A program made the translations under genes and the position numbers. The notes under the pieces are model-generated. The model was given only the letters and a program-made list of their open reading frames with translations. It made no database searches and was not told the origin of the DNA. 64,000 nucleotides of DNA. Origin: Takakia lepidozioides. Lineage: Eukaryota; Plantae; Bryophyta. The stretch spans positions 27,156,001-27,220,000 of the forward strand of contig CM060734.1 of the NCBI GenBank assembly GCA_030704615.1. The letters are read 5' to 3'. Each line of letters opens with the position of its first letter. Positions within the stretch are counted from its first letter, which is position 1. Below, in pieces: positions 14,001 to 27,610 of this stretch.

Positions 14001-16868
14001 TCAATCTTTGCGAGTGTGTTGGACATACCTTGTCACATGCTCCTCTCAAGTATGAAGTCAATCAAAATTGATTGAAAGGGTGAACCCATCGTTCGATGTT
14101 CAAATGATCTTTGATTGCTTTCAAACATGGCGAGTGTGTTGGACATACCTTGTCAGAGGTACGTGTCGAGTATCATGACAATCGAAATGGATTCAAAGTG
14201 TGAACCCATCATTCGATGTTCAAATGAATTTTTGATTGCTTTCAATCTTTGCGAGTGTGTTGGACATACCTTGTCACATGCTCCTCTCAAGTATAAAGTG
14301 AATCAAAATTGATTGAAAGGGTGAACCCATCGTTCGATGTTGAAATGATCTTTGATTGCTTCCAAACATTGCGAGTGTGTTGGATATACCTTGTCACATG
14401 CTCCTCTCAAGTATGAAGTCAATCAAAATTGATTGAAACGGTGAACCCATCGTTCGATGTTGGAATGAATTTTTGATTGCTTTCAATCTTTGCGAGTGTG
14501 TTGGACATACCTTGTCACATGCTCCTCTCAAGTATGAAGTCAATCAAAATTGATTGAAAAGGTGAACCCATCGTTCGATGTTCAAATGATTTTTGATTGC
14601 TTTCAATCTTTGCGAGTGTGTTGGACATACCTTGTCACATGCTCCTCTCAAGTATGAAGTCAATCAAAATTGATTGAAAAGGTGAACCCATCGTTCGATG
14701 TTCAAATGATGTTTTGATTGCTTTCAATCTTTGCGAGTGTGTTGGACATACCTTGTCACATGCTCCTCTCAAGTATGAAGTCAATCAAAATTGATTGAAA
14801 AGGTGAACCCATCGTTCGATGTTCAAATGATCTTTGATTGCTTTCAAACATTGCGAGTGTGTTGGCCTTACCTTGTCAGAGGTACGTGTCGAGTATCAGG
14901 TCAATCGAAATTGATTCAAAGGGTGAACCCATCGTTCGATGTTCAAATGAATTTTTGATTGCTTTCAATCTTTGCGAGTGTGTTGGACACACCTTGTCAC
15001 ATGCTCCTCTCAAGTATGAAGTCAATCAAAATTGATTGAAAGGGTGAACCCATCGTTCGATGTTCAAATGATTTTTGATTGCTTTCAAACATTGCGAGTG
15101 TGTTGGACATACCTTGTCACATGCTCCTCTCAAGTATGAAGTCAATCAAAATTGATTGAAAGGGTGAACCCATCGTTCGATGTTGGAATGAATTTTTGAT
15201 TGCTTTCAATCTTTGCGAGTGTGTTGGACATACCTTGTCACATGCTCCTCTCAAGTATGAAGTCAATCAAAATTGATTGAAAAGGTGAACCCATCGTTCG
15301 ATGTTCAAATGATGTTTTGATTGCTTTCAATCTTTGCGAGTGTGTTGGACATACCTTGTCACATGCTCCTCTCAAGTATGAAGTCAATCAAAATTGATTG
15401 AAAGGGTGAACCCATCGTTCGATGTTCAAATGATCTTTGATTGCTTCCAAACATTGCAAGTGTGTTGGACATACCTTGTCAGAGGTACGTGTCGAGTATC
15501 AGATCAATCGAAATTGATTCAAAGGGTGAACCCATCGTTCGATGTTCAAATGAATTTTTGATTGCATTCAATCTTTGCGAGTGTGTTGGACATACCTTGT
15601 CACATGCTCCTCTCAAGTATGAGGTCAATCGAAATTGATTCAAAGGGTGAACCCATTGTTCGATGTTCAAAGGAATTTTTGATTGCTTTCAATCTTTGCG
15701 AGTGTGTTGGACATACCTTGTCACATGCTCCTCTCAAGTATTAAGTCAATCAAAATTGATTGAAAGGGTGAACCCATCAATCGATGTTGAAATGAATTTT
15801 TGATTGCTTTCAAACATTGCGAGTGTGTTGGACTTACCTTGTCAGAGGTACGTGTCGAGTATGAGGTTAATCAAAATTGATTCAAAGGGTGAACCCATCG
15901 TTCGATGTTCAAATGAATTTTTGATTACTTTCAATCTTTGCGAGTGTGTTGGACATACCTTGTCACATGCTCCTCTCAAGTATGAAGTCAATCAAAATTG
16001 ATTGAAAGGGTGAACCCATCGTTCGATGTTCAAATGATCTTTGATTGCTTTCAAACATGGCGAGTGTGTTGGACATACCTTGTCAGAGGTACGTGTCGAG
16101 TATCATGACAATCGAAATGGATTCAAAGTGTGAACCCATCGTTCGATGTTCAAATGAATTTTTGATTGCTTTCAATCTTTGCGAGTGTGTTGGACATACC
16201 TTGTCACATGCTCCTCTCAAGTATAAAGTGAATCAAAATTGATTGAAAAGGTGAACCCATCGTTCGATGTTGAAATGATCTTTGATTGCTTCCAAACATT
16301 GCGAGTGTGTTGGACATACCTTGTCAGAGGTACGTGTCGAGTATCAGGTCAATCGAAATTGATTCAAAGGGTGAACCCATCGTTCGATGTTCAAATGAAT
16401 TTTTGATTGCATTCAATCTTTGCGAGTGTGTTGGACATACCTTGTCACATGCTCCTCTCAAGTATGAGGTCAATCGAAATTGATTCAAAGGGTGAACCCA
16501 TTGTTCGATGTTCAAATGAATTTTTGATTGCTTTCAGTCTTTGCGAGTGTGTTGGACATACCTTGTCACATGCTCCTCTCAAGTATGAAGTCAATCAAAA
16601 TTGATTGAAAGGGTGAACCCATCAATCGATGTTGAAATGAATTTTTGATTGCTTTCAAACATTGCGAGTGTGTTGGACTTACCTTGTCAAAGGTACGTGT
16701 CGAGTATGAGGTCAATCGAAATTGATTCAAAGGGTGAACCCATCGTTCGATGTTCAAATGATTTTTGATTACTTTCAATCTTTGCGAGTGTGTTGGACAT
16801 ACCTTGTCACATGCTCCTCTCAAGTATGAGGTCAATCGAAATTGATTGAAAGGGTGAACCCATCGTTC
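5042..16868 (-). repeat. Same ~120-bp satellite in reverse orientation, with higher-order variant structure
   Basis: Reverse complement of the 1-4541 monomer (gaaagggtgaacccatcgttcgatgttcaaatg...). It ends abruptly at ...gaacccatcgttc near 16868. Confidence 0.98.
6936..12754 (+). repeat. Five ~265-bp inverted satellite segments (6936-7200, 7480-7746, 9566-9834, 10114-10378, 12474-12754)
   Basis: Forward-strand monomers embedded in the reverse array. Each has near-identical junctions 'gatttt..aa|cc(t)ttcaatc' and 'catactcg|aaagggtgaacctatc'. Confidence 0.9.
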
Positions 16869-17349
16869 TGCCATTTCACTTTGATGGATGTTTGAGGAAC
16901 AAGGCATGGTCCACACTTCTCGACCCCCAAATGAAGAGAGGGGCAAGAAACAGTGTGCTGCATCCCGCTTCCCTCCCTTTGACGTCACCATCCCTACACC
17001 AAACATGCTCACCATGCACAGTTTTAGTCCCAAACTGCTGAGAAGCTTGTATACAGTCGTATTTCTTCTAGACAATCTATTGCTGAGCTACAGGCTGCTC
17101 AGCTACATATCTATCATGGTGGCAACAAAATGTACTTGGCAAATCATTCCACACCTAAAATAGAGACACAGGCTAAACCCTGAACCGTGAGAATAAAACT
17201 GATAGGCCCTACACCAGTGTGACAACCCATTTAGCTAGATTCTTTAACTAGGTGTTGGGCAACTTCAACTTCCAGGAGGAGATCTTGTAGAGGATCCTGA
17301 ACTATGTCATTCCAGCCCAAACAACTAGGTCTCTTTTTCTCTAGCTAAA

Positions 17350-17690
17350 TTACAGAATTCAACATGCAAATTCAGGGACGAGTCTGATGAGAGGGCAAAA
17401 CAGGCTGAAATAGGTTGAAGAAGAAGGTGCCCTCACCACACTGTCCTCGATTGTTCCACCATTGACTGCGGTTGGAAACGTGTTCATTCTAGAGCTTCTC
17501 CTCGTCTCTGTTATCTGTTTTTCGATACTTTCATGTTGCCACATTGGCAGTAACATGTCAAAATCACTCCAAAACCATACATCCACGAGCTAACTCGCAA
17601 AATTCAACCTGAAAACTTAGGGCCGACTCTCAGATGTTCTATCAAATGTGCTGCTGCTGCTGCTGTTTCCAGTTGACCATCTACCCACGC
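17350..17690. repeat. Dispersed low-copy repeat, also at ~21050-21290 and ~21860-22120; its 3' part matches ~20680-20710
   Basis: Shared blocks 'gaagaagaaggtgccctcaccac', 'agcttctcctcgtctctg.tatctgtttt', 'ggcagtaacatgtcaaaatcactccaaa' and 'ttccagttgaccatctaccca'. Confidence 0.75.
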
Positions 17691-18399
17691 AAAAGAAAAA
17701 AAAAACCAAGCAACAAACGTTCATGCACAATATTGACATAAGGTGCAGGCGCTACAAAACTGCTGAGGCCAGTAGCATCAGTATGAGGTAAGTGGTAAAA
17801 CACCTAGTGTCATGTTGTCAACTACAAGAGTGTTAAAGATGCCCAATAAGTACCAACAAGCCCAAACAGCTAATGTGATGACATATGGCATGAGAAACCT
17901 CCACAAAAATTGCCACTGAAAAAAAGAAACAAACAACAAAGAGATTTTTAAAAAAAAGCCCACACCATAGTGTACCTCTTGGGCTGAGAATATATTGACC
18001 TCCACAAGCTATACAAGGCCCATCAAACAATGATTGGAGGCCTTGACAAGCAGCCCACTAACCAGATAACAGCTTGCGGGATGAGGCATTGTTCAATGAC
18101 ACACAAAAACAAAAATGACATAGTCCTCCACAAGCAGCTGAGACTGACCACTGCAAATGAAACAAGCTGAAGGTAACCAGCCCTCCACAAGCAGCCCAAA
18201 AAAATTATTGATGGAGCTTATGGGATGATAAGGGACTGCTCAAAACATGGAAGAAAATAGACCAGACATAGCCCTCCACAAGCATGTGAAAAAACCAATA
18301 AATGGGCCAGTGGGAACTTCAGAATTGGTACTCAATGAGAAAATGAAACAACAAAGACAGAAAATTGGTAGAAGCATTAACGAGCTTTGCCTCATGTGC

Positions 18400-20674
18400 A
18401 ATCCAGGTGATATTTGCAGGTCCTGCCATCACTATGCTCCATGACACCACATTGCATACAGCCCCTTAGCTGCCCAGCACTCCCTTTGCATCCTTCATAT
18501 ACCCACATTTGACATACATGTCCACCAGGGCAGCTTTCAGAATGACATCTGATACAATCACTACAGCTTTGACAATGCCACCGTGGACATATTCTCCATT
18601 TTCCAGGGCTGCCAAGCTTGCACATGTGCTCAGAGGTCTCCAAAGCCTCCCTCCGCTGCCCTTGTAGCGCTTGTAGCATGCCACCATCACGCTCTACGAC
18701 ACCACATTCCATTCAGCCATACTGCCCAACACCCCCTTTAATGCATCCTTCATGCACCCGCATTTGGCATACATGTCCACCACGGCGCTGGTCAGATTGA
18801 CATCTGATACAATCCCAGCTTTGATGATGCCACTATGGACCTCTTCCCCATTTTCCAGGGCTGCCAAGCTTGCACATGTGCTCAGAGGTCTCCAAAGCCT
18901 CCCTCCGCTGCCCTTGTAGCGCTTGTAGCATGCCACCATCACGCTCTACGACACCACATTCCATTCAGCCATACTGCCCAACACCCCCTTTAATGCATCC
19001 TTCATGCACCCGCATTTGGCATACATGTCCACCACGGCGCTGGTCAGATTGACATCTGATACAATCCCAGCTTTGATGATGCCACTATGGACCTCTTCCC
19101 CATTTTCCAGGGCTGCCAAGCTTGCACATGTGCTCAGAGGTCTCCAAAGCCTCCCTCCGCTGCCCTTGTAGCGCTTGTAGCATGCCACCATCACGCTCTA
19201 CGACACCACATTCCATTCAGCCATACTGCCCAACACCCCCTTTAATGCATCCTTCATGCACCCGCATTTGGCATACATGTCCACCACGGCGCTGGTCAGA
19301 TTGACATCTGATACAATCCCAGCTTTGATGATGCCACTATGGACCTCTTCCCCATTTTCCAGGGCTGCCAAGCTTGCACATGTGCTCAGAGGTCTCCAAA
19401 GCCTCCCTCCGCTGCCCTTGTAGCGCTTTTAGCATGCCACCATCACGCTCTACGACACCACATTCCGTTCAGCAATACTGCCCAACACCCCCTTAAATGC
19501 ATCCTTCATGCACCTGCATTTGGCATACATGTCCACCACGGCGCTAGTCAGATTGACATCTGATACAATCCCAGCTTTGATGATGCCACCATGGACCTCT
19601 TCCCCATTTTGCAGGGCTGCCAAGCTTGCACATGTGCTCAGAGGTCTCCAAAGCCTCCCTCCGCTGCCCTTGTAGCGCTTATAGCATTCCCAACACCACA
19701 TCACATTCAGCCATAGTGTCAAACACCCCCTTTGCATCTTCAATACTCCCACATTTGGCACACATATCCAGCAAGGCAGTGTTCAGAATGACATTTGGTA
19801 CAATTCCAGCTTTGGCAATGTCACCATGGACCTCTTTGCCCTTTTCCGGGGCTGCCAGGCTTGCACATGCATTGCGAACGCCAACAAAGGTGATCTGGTT
19901 GGGCTTCACCCCTTCCTGCATCATTTGCTCATAGGTCTCCAAAGCCTCCATCCCCCACGACCCTGCTGTGCATGTCCTGCGATCATCGCGCTCCACGACA
20001 CCACATCACGTTCAGCCATTTTGTCGAACACTGCCTTTGCATCTTCAATGCACCCAAATTGGCATACATGTCCACCAGGGCAGTGTTCATAATGACATCT
20101 GGTACAATTCCAGCTTCGACGATGTCAGCATGGACCTCTTTGCCCTTTTCCAGGGCTGCCAGGCTCGCACACGCATTGCAAACGCAAACAAATGTGATGC
20201 GGTCGGGCTTCACCCCTTCCAGCATCATTTGCTCATAGGTCTCCAAAGCATTCGTACCACACCCATGCTTGGTAAATCCTGCCACATTATATTCCACGTG
20301 ATCAAAGATCGTTGAGGCATTCTATTGAACAGTTGGTGAGCATCAACGATGTTCCTGCACTTAACATACATGTTGACAAGGGTGTTGTGTAGAAAAACAT
20401 TTGGCTTGAATCCACTTTGGATAATGTGAGCATGCACCTGCTTTCCAGCTTGCAGGTCTTTCATCTTGATGCACGTATGCAAGAGACTGACATAAGTATC
20501 TGAATCTGCTGAAATGCCCCCTGGTTTAAAGTCTACAGGTAGAGCCTCTTTTAGTCGCCCTGCCTCACATAGCATCCTCACATGCCCAGAACTGCCAGAA
20601 GAGGCCTTGTGGACTCCCTCTCTTGGTCCTCTTTCCGAAACTATGGTCATGGTCAAGGCGCCTGATTTAATCAA
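18400..20674 (-). pseudogene. PLS-class pentatricopeptide repeat (PPR) pseudogene
   Basis: Fragments such as 'TYVSLLHTCIKMKDLQAGKQVHAHIIQSGFKPNVFLHNTLVNMYVKC', '[33 protein letters not shown]' and '[11 protein letters not shown]' are P/L/S motifs. They are split by several frameshifts and stops. No E/DYW domain is seen. Confidence 0.92.
18590..19690 (-). repeat. 252-bp near-perfect tandem repeat (~4.4 units) inside the PPR pseudogene
   Basis: 'cagggctgccaagcttgcacatgtgctcagaggtctcc' recurs at 252-bp spacing (ORF starts 18618, 18870, 19122; also 19626). Confidence 0.95.
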
Positions 20675-23071
20675 CTATGCCGCCGCTGATTCCAGTTGAC
20701 CATCTACCCATGTAGGTTCTTGTAGCTATCCATCCACAGGGAATCACAAGTAATTTTGAAATCGAGCCCTCTTGGATGAATCTGGACCCACACTTGCTCC
20801 TATCCCTGCCTCTCCACAAATCATATATATATCCTTGCCTTGCTGCTAGCAGCTGACAATGACAGCCTAGAATTGTTCCAGTAAACACCCCAACCCTACT
20901 TAGGACACACTAGTTCCTATGCTGAATTACTCCCTAAACTTTCAAAATGTGCTGGGGAGACAATTCCAATAAAGCTTTGTGATGCATCTTGTTGTCTGCT
21001 TTCTCTTTGTAATTGAACAGGCATTCACCTTTTTACCTCAATCGTCCCACCATTGACTGAGGTCCGAAAAATATTCCTTCCAAAGCTTCTCCTCGTCTCT
21101 GCTATCTGTTTTTGCATAAGTGCATGTTGGCACATCGGCAGTAACATGTCAAAATCACTCCAAACCACCATAGACCCTACAAGCTAACTTGCAGAATTCG
21201 ACATGAAATTAGGGACGACTCCGATAAGAGGGTAAAACAGCCTGGAATGTGTTGAAGATGAAGGTGCCCTCACCACGTAGTCCTTGACCTTGTGTCATGA
21301 AAGCAGCTAGCTCGCAGATTTTCAGGTCATTCTCGCTACTCAAAGCAGATTGTACATGTCTAGAGGTCCGAAAACTGTCAAGAGTGAGCAAAGTACAATG
21401 GCAAAATACTTTCTTTAAACCCTAAAATGTGGAGTGGGGTAAGGGAAACCTTAGCTCGTGTATTTCAGGAGAAAACACCAGAGAGACAAAGAAAGCCACC
21501 TCGCAGACATATACACAACCTCCACACAAAAAAAGAAAGGTTGAAGGGCTGGGGGCAGACAGCCATTGCAACCTCACAATGGTGAACAATAAGAGATCCA
21601 TAAACAATTCTGCTGTTGAAGAGAGGAAGAAAGCAATGTCAGTCTAGTTCACCCAAAAACAAAATGCACAAAAATGCAGATACAAACACAACGTAGACAC
21701 TACGGAACGCGCAGGGCCGGAGAACAACACCACTTACTCGCGTGCCTCGATCTCCAGAGTCGACATGACCTACGATCACTACAGTCTCCTGCTCTTCCTC
21801 GGATCCCTAGTGCACTGCCCCCCTTCGCGTTGCTCGCTGCTGCTACCATAGATCCACCAACGAGCTAACTTGCAGAATTCAACATGAAAATTCGCTCCAA
21901 AGCTTCTCCTCATCTCCTTAATCTGTTTTTGGCTACTCACGTGCTGCCCACATTGCCAGTAACATGATGTCAAAAACACTCCAAACCACCATCGATCCAT
22001 CCAACGAAATAACTTACAGAATTCAACATGAAAAATCAGGAACGAGTCTGATGAGAGGGAAAACATGCTGAAATAGGTTGAAGAAGAAGGTGCCCTCACC
22101 ACATTGTCCTCGACCTTGTGACATGACCCATGGAGGATTTGACGGACCATCAACCCGAAAGGACCTCTCGTGTGTGCTGCTTGTGTCTGTAGTCAGGTAA
22201 TGTCGGATTGGTCTGTGAGAACCACCACGGTGCAGCTGAGCGGGCAATGGCCTGCTAAGACCAAGCTGACTTTCCCAAGAACCTTGTAAACATCAGGAAG
22301 AATACCAAATCATGGTACTAACAGGAGCCAAGAGCCCACATTTGCAGGATGGACGAACTTCTTCACATCGTACATTAAGAAAAAGCCACACCCTGCGATT
22401 GCGGTTGTCCCACCATCGTGAAGGATCTTTAAAAAACTCATGTCAGGTCTGCTCCGTGCTCCGCGGTTGTCTCACCATCGTGAAGGAGCTTTAAAAAACT
22501 CTGCTCCGTGCTCCCAGGTCTGCTCCGAGGTTTGTGCTCGAAAATCCGACAACATCAACATTTTGATAAGGTCCTTTACTAAGGGGTGCTAGTGAGCTTT
22601 CAACAACATTCATGTAAGTTGTTTTGGGCTCCATTGGGCTCTACACGATGATGAACAACGAACATGTCCAGATTTACACAGATGCTAACCCAGCTTATGT
22701 TTGCAGTCTGGAGATTGTAGAGTGGTCTCTGAAAACGACCAGTGAGGAGGGCGAGTCTTTTCTCACACTGATCTGCAGCAGATGATGCAAGCACATCCTC
22801 TCATCATACTTACGCCCAGATGGTGGCACAGGGGACAAAGAAAACGAAAAAAATGCTAAGTCCCTGTTGAACGCCCCGCAACCCTAGTCCTAAGCTCTAC
22901 GTCCGCCAAAATGGCTACACATTGCACACAGCTCACATAGGAGGAGTAAGACGCTGAGTCAGACATTTCAGAACCTGGCTCGCTAGGCATTTGCCACACC
23001 ATTGCACATAATTCACACTTATTACGGTGGGCCACGCGATTGAACGAATCAATTTATGCCATGCGGCATTG

Positions 23072-24965
23072 TTTTTTTTTTTTTTTTTTTTTTTTTCATG
23101 TTGCCAACTTGGATATTATATAGGGGTCAACCGGAAGTTTCCACCCGTTGACTATTCAGGTGTGACTTAAGCCATGAAAGGTGTGACACATGGGGTCGAT
23201 TCTGCCACACTTTTATGTAGTCCACAGAGGTGTCATATGATTTGTGGATTGTGCAAAGTGTGACCCCCCCATGTTGTGGCAAAAACCAATTCCTCTTGTA
23301 GTGATATATCGGATTGTGGCAAGACAGTGGTATCATGGGAAGACTGAGAGGGAGAGTCTAGGTGCATGAGGTCTTGGTGTATTGTTGTGCGAGAGGTCCT
23401 GAGCTTATGGAGGATAGAGGGGGCCGGGGTTGACCTGAACTCAGGGAGTAAGTCTTGTGGGTTGTGCGGGAAAAGCTGATATGGGAAATCACAATCTAAG
23501 GTGCATGAGGTAGAGGGGTAGCAAAATAAGGTACATAGGTATAGGAGGAACTGGCAGGTCTTAGTAGTGGTTCTAGAGTATTTCAGAGTGTATTCATGGG
23601 GGTTTATTAGCTTGGTACCAATGGCAGTGGTGAATTGGGTGAGGTTAGTGATATGTCGTTCCTTAAAGTAGTTGAGGATGGTTGTTTTCTGGCGGGGATG
23701 AGATGCTTCGAATTGGGGAAGGAAAGGGCTAGAGATCCAGGCGACTTCTAATGGGGACACCGTGTTAGGATAACCTGGCAAGTCCATTTGTAGGTTAATA
23801 CGCATTTGCCGCAGGATGAACAAAGAACGTGCGGTTGGGGAGTGATGGCATGACTGTGGGTGGAGGATTGGAAGGGAGTGGAGACCATCGAATTTTGAGG
23901 CAAGGTGTCTGACGATACCCCGGTAGATGAGCCCTAGACGCCCGACGTCATTAAGGGCTTCTAGTAATTGAGTACCAAGGGTGCAGGCGTAAGAGGTGAT
24001 GAGGGGGCTAGAGCCGATACCATAGCTATCCATGGGAAGTTGGGTAAGGGCATTCGGGGTACTAGTAGGGAGTCCACAGATCCGCTTGATAAGTTGGATG
24101 ATATGCTTGTCAAGCATTCGAATGTCAGGGAAGGAGAATGGAGCAGCGTGGAAGGCGTATTGGACTTGTGGTTTGAGCACTGATTGGATGATCGCTAATT
24201 TAGGTCTAATGGGGATAGGGGATTGAAGGAGTGCTAGGCTTTTGTTAGTTAGTTTGGTAAGTGTAGTGGCATTTTGGACGTACCAGGTGAGTGAGGGAAC
24301 AAGCTGGATGCCTAAATATGTGTAAAGTTCGTCAGGACCTAAGATATGGAAGGGGCTATTTTGGTAATGGATGTGTAGTTTACAGTGGGAATCAATCACA
24401 GCTCGGGTGAACTTACTGTGGTGGGTGGTTGCTGCAAGCAAACCAAAATAATGAAGAGGTAGGGGCTTAGGGTATCACCCTGAATAGTGCCACGCAAAAT
24501 AGGGATAGGAGGGGTGGAGCCGTAGTAAGAACCAGAGTATTCAGTGGTACTATCAGTATAGATATTACCGATAAGTTGGATGGCGTCTAAAGGATAGCCG
24601 AGGTAAGTCATAATCGCAAGTAGTCTGGCATGGTCTAAGGAACCGGATGCATTCTTAAAGTCAATATACAAAAGGTAGATATCATGTTTAGTAAGTTTAG
24701 CATCCTCGAGGGCTGATAATACATACTGGATCTGTCTGGTGGTACTGTGAGTGGCACGAAATCCCTCCTGAGGGTCGCTGAGGATACACTGCTGCTCACC
24801 GTAACTAGATAGCATTGTAGTTAGTGTGTTGGTGAAGAGTTTATAAATGGTGTTTGCGAGGGCTATAGGTCTGTAGTTACTAAGGTCTGTAGGGTCCCCC
24901 TTTTTAAATAATAAAATGGTACGGCTATGCGTGGTATCCTTTGTAGTTGATAGCAGAGTTTAAAG
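23072..24965 (-). mobile_element. 5'-truncated non-LTR retrotransposon (LINE) RT fragment with poly(A) tail
   Basis: RT motifs 'LLFKKGDPTDLSNYRPIALANTIYKLF', 'QEGFR', 'YIDFKNA', 'RGTIQGDTLSPYLF' and 'YTYLGI'. T25 at 23072-23096 is a minus-strand poly(A). The YADD segment is absent. Confidence 0.92.
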
Positions 24966-25135
24966 CCTAGTTATCATTCCTGACGTGACGTGGCGCTGAC
25001 GTCCGACGTGCGTCACGTCACCTCGAAACTGGACGTTTACCCATGTATTTTTTTTACATTTAATTTTTACGATTTACTTCTACCATTTCTAATGACATGG
25101 CAGCCACGGTGTAAAACACACGTGGCAAATTATTC
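24966..25135 (+). mobile_element. Putative element terminus (CCTAGTT + GACGTG-rich subterminal block) that cuts the LINE
   Basis: Similar to the reverse complement of ~47950-48131. Both begin with CCTAGTT and abut unrelated sequence. Confidence 0.65.
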
Positions 25136-25317
25136 ATATTTAGTAATTCCTTAATTTATTATTTTTAAACTTGTTCTATGTTTCATCATCCTAGCACTAT
25201 TTTGCCATTTTCGGATCTCATATGACCTGTTTTTGCAGAAACTACGAAGATACTATCTACACGCGTCCATTACCGTTTTTTAGGTTCTGTCCCCTGTAGT
25301 GGGCAGCAGTTTATACA

Positions 25318-26730
25318 ATGTTGGGGGTTGTGAACTCAAGTTCTGGGGTGGGGTCGTCGTCTGGGGGTCGGAGGAAGAGAAAAAAAGCCTACGAGCGGGA
25401 TAGCCAGGTAAACAAACAAGACTACCTGAGACTGGACGCCTTGGATATGGTGAAACAAGTGGTAGTTGATTATTTTAGGGGTTGGGACATGATGAGGTTG
25501 GAGAGTACTTATGTCCCGCATGGATGAGAGGGGTTTCGTTTTTTTCAGTTGAATATGGAGAGAAAAATGAAGGACGCTTTGGTTGGGGATAAGTGGACGG
25601 TGGACAGGGACAAGCCGGATTTCAATCGTTGGATCGAAAGCAGGGCGAAAGATGTCACGTGGAATTTGAGGCAGCTAGGTAAAACAACCGAGGGTCAGGT
25701 GCCTTCCGCCGAAGCTGAGTTAATGCGGTGTGTCGAGTATTGGGCGTACTTGGCAAGTCAGAATGTACATCGCCGGACTAGGTTAGTCCATTTGAAGGTG
25801 GGGTCATCGGGCGGGGGAGGCATGACTTCTCTTATTTACATGAACACACATGCGACGGTGGAACAGATTGGCCCTTACAAAGAAGGAGGGTATGCTAGGG
25901 TCCGTCACTATAGGATTGTTGGCGTTTTGCGAATACCGGAGCGTTGGGAGCTAGCGGGAAAAAAACCCAAGTCCAAAATCCCAGAAAAGGCGCTGAGACA
26001 ACATAACGACGAGTGTTTGGAGTGAATTTCCAGCATTCGGGTGTTATCTCATATTTTGCTGTGAATGCAGGTGAGGTAAAGGGTTACACTCGCTGATGGA
26101 ATAGGGGGACAATACGCGAGATGATGAACCTTGACAGAAAATGGGGCAACGATTGGGACAACAGGGAGATTGTGGAAAAAATGAAACGAAAGAAGAGTTC
26201 CAGGAAACCGATCGCTTGCTTCGTTTCCGGAAAGTGCGAAGTAAACTTGCATGGGCACTGGTATGCATGTTGTCCATAAGAACGGTGTCATGAACAACGA
26301 CGTGTCCCCCGACAACATCTTGCTTCATTTTCCAGATGGCACCGAGGAGATTAAGATTGGGGTGTGTGATTGGGGCTTAGCCACTCCATTGGAGATACGC
26401 AAATCCTCGTCGTACCAATTTCAAAACAAAGACAAGATGGACCAGGAACTCGCGAAAAGATGGTGGGTGAAAAAACATATTGCATCGGTTTTTAATGCGG
26501 ACGTCGGAAACCACGCCCCCCCAGGACATGACGTCGGAGGCCTTTGCCGTTGGGAAGATAGCGGTACGAATAAATGGCGGCGCTCATTATGATGCCAGTA
26601 TGTTCGAGGACCAATCTACGGGAGGTTGTTGGGATTCAGTACGAAGGTTGTATGACAACGACAAGTCCACACATGTGTATAGAAATCCTTAAAAAAACCG
26701 AATGACTATCAAAATTTGAAGTTGGGGATG
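25318..26730 (+). pseudogene. Atypical protein kinase pseudogene (element cargo, copy 1)
   Basis: Gly-loop 'EGGYARV', 'LAGKKP', 'HNDE', catalytic loop 'NNDVSPDNILL', 'VCDWGLA' and 'AFAVGKIA'. Stops and frameshifts are present. Clear paralog of 44897-47115. Confidence 0.85.
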
Positions 26731-26832
26731 AGGCTTCAAGTTTTGATGGTCACTTGGTTTTTGAAGGATTTATGTACACATCTGTGACTCTGTTCTAGGT
26801 CGAGAATATCACCAGAAAGATGACATGGAGAA

Positions 26833-27555
26833 TGTCGCGGCCCTTGACCTTGAGGGTGGGGGGTCGGGACACAAGAGGGGCTGCCCCTGTGGTGGGGGTA
26901 GTGGCAACAAATAGGAAAGGGGGCTGAAGCACCCTTGAGTGCCGAAGGCACTCAAGAAGGCAGAGACGCTCACTACATAGAGCCCCGCAAACCGGGTTGC
27001 GGTGGTGGGGGCTCCACGAGGGGTGGTGGTAGCTTAGGGAGTCGTAGTGGGGGTGGCATAGGACTCACCATGAGGCTAAGGCCTTGTGGTGGGAGTCGTA
27101 GGGAGTCTTGGGACTCACCGCGGTCCATTTGGGGCCGTGGTGGGTGGGCCAAGACTCACCGCGACTCACCACGAAAGGTTGAGGGTCTAGGTGGTGGTGC
27201 ACCAGATTTGGACTTGGCTAGTTGTGGAACCCCCGCAGACACCTACAGGAGTATATAGGGAGTAGTAACCCCAAGAACGGTGCAAGCACGTTGGTGACCA
27301 AAAACTAGCGAGTAAGTGTGCGAGCCGGAAAGCGACCAAGGTGTGGGGAGCTGTTCAGGACTGCCATCTACCAAAGGGAATTTCCACTAAGCCCAACAGA
27401 TCGAGGGTCGAGTGGGAGTGTGAGGGGGACCATTATGCCCCGGTGAGCAGCTGAAGCTCCGAGTTGGCCCAGCGGCCAGTTTGGGAGTTAGGCGCACGCA
27501 TCAAAGCGAGTAACTATGACTTGAAGGGGAGTTTACCGAAGTGAGGTGCACGACA
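26833..27555 (+). mobile_element. 5' LTR (723 bp) of a Ty3/gypsy retrotransposon
   Basis: Ends TGTCGCG...CACGACA, followed by a PBS and gag. Homologous to the solo LTR at 46235-46963. Confidence 0.93.
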
Positions 27556-27557
27556 CT

Positions 27558-27569
27558 TGGTATTAGAGC
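27558..27569 (+). promoter_or_regulatory. Primer-binding site (tRNA-iMet type)
   Basis: TGGTATTAGAGC two bases after the LTR end, one mismatch from the canonical TGGTATCAGAGC. Confidence 0.85.
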
Positions 27570-27610
27570 TTAGAGTTCAGTACGCGATTGTCCTTGAGAT
27601 CGGCCTCACC

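Noticed and set aside
223-16604. Numerous short ORFs in the satellite, including ORFs spanning the Ns
   Set aside because: They are by-products of repeat periodicity and the gap, with no coding features.
1-16868. CRISPR-like array (constant core plus variable segment)
   Set aside because: The variable segments are just two recurring types rather than unique spacers, there are no cas genes, and the context is eukaryotic.
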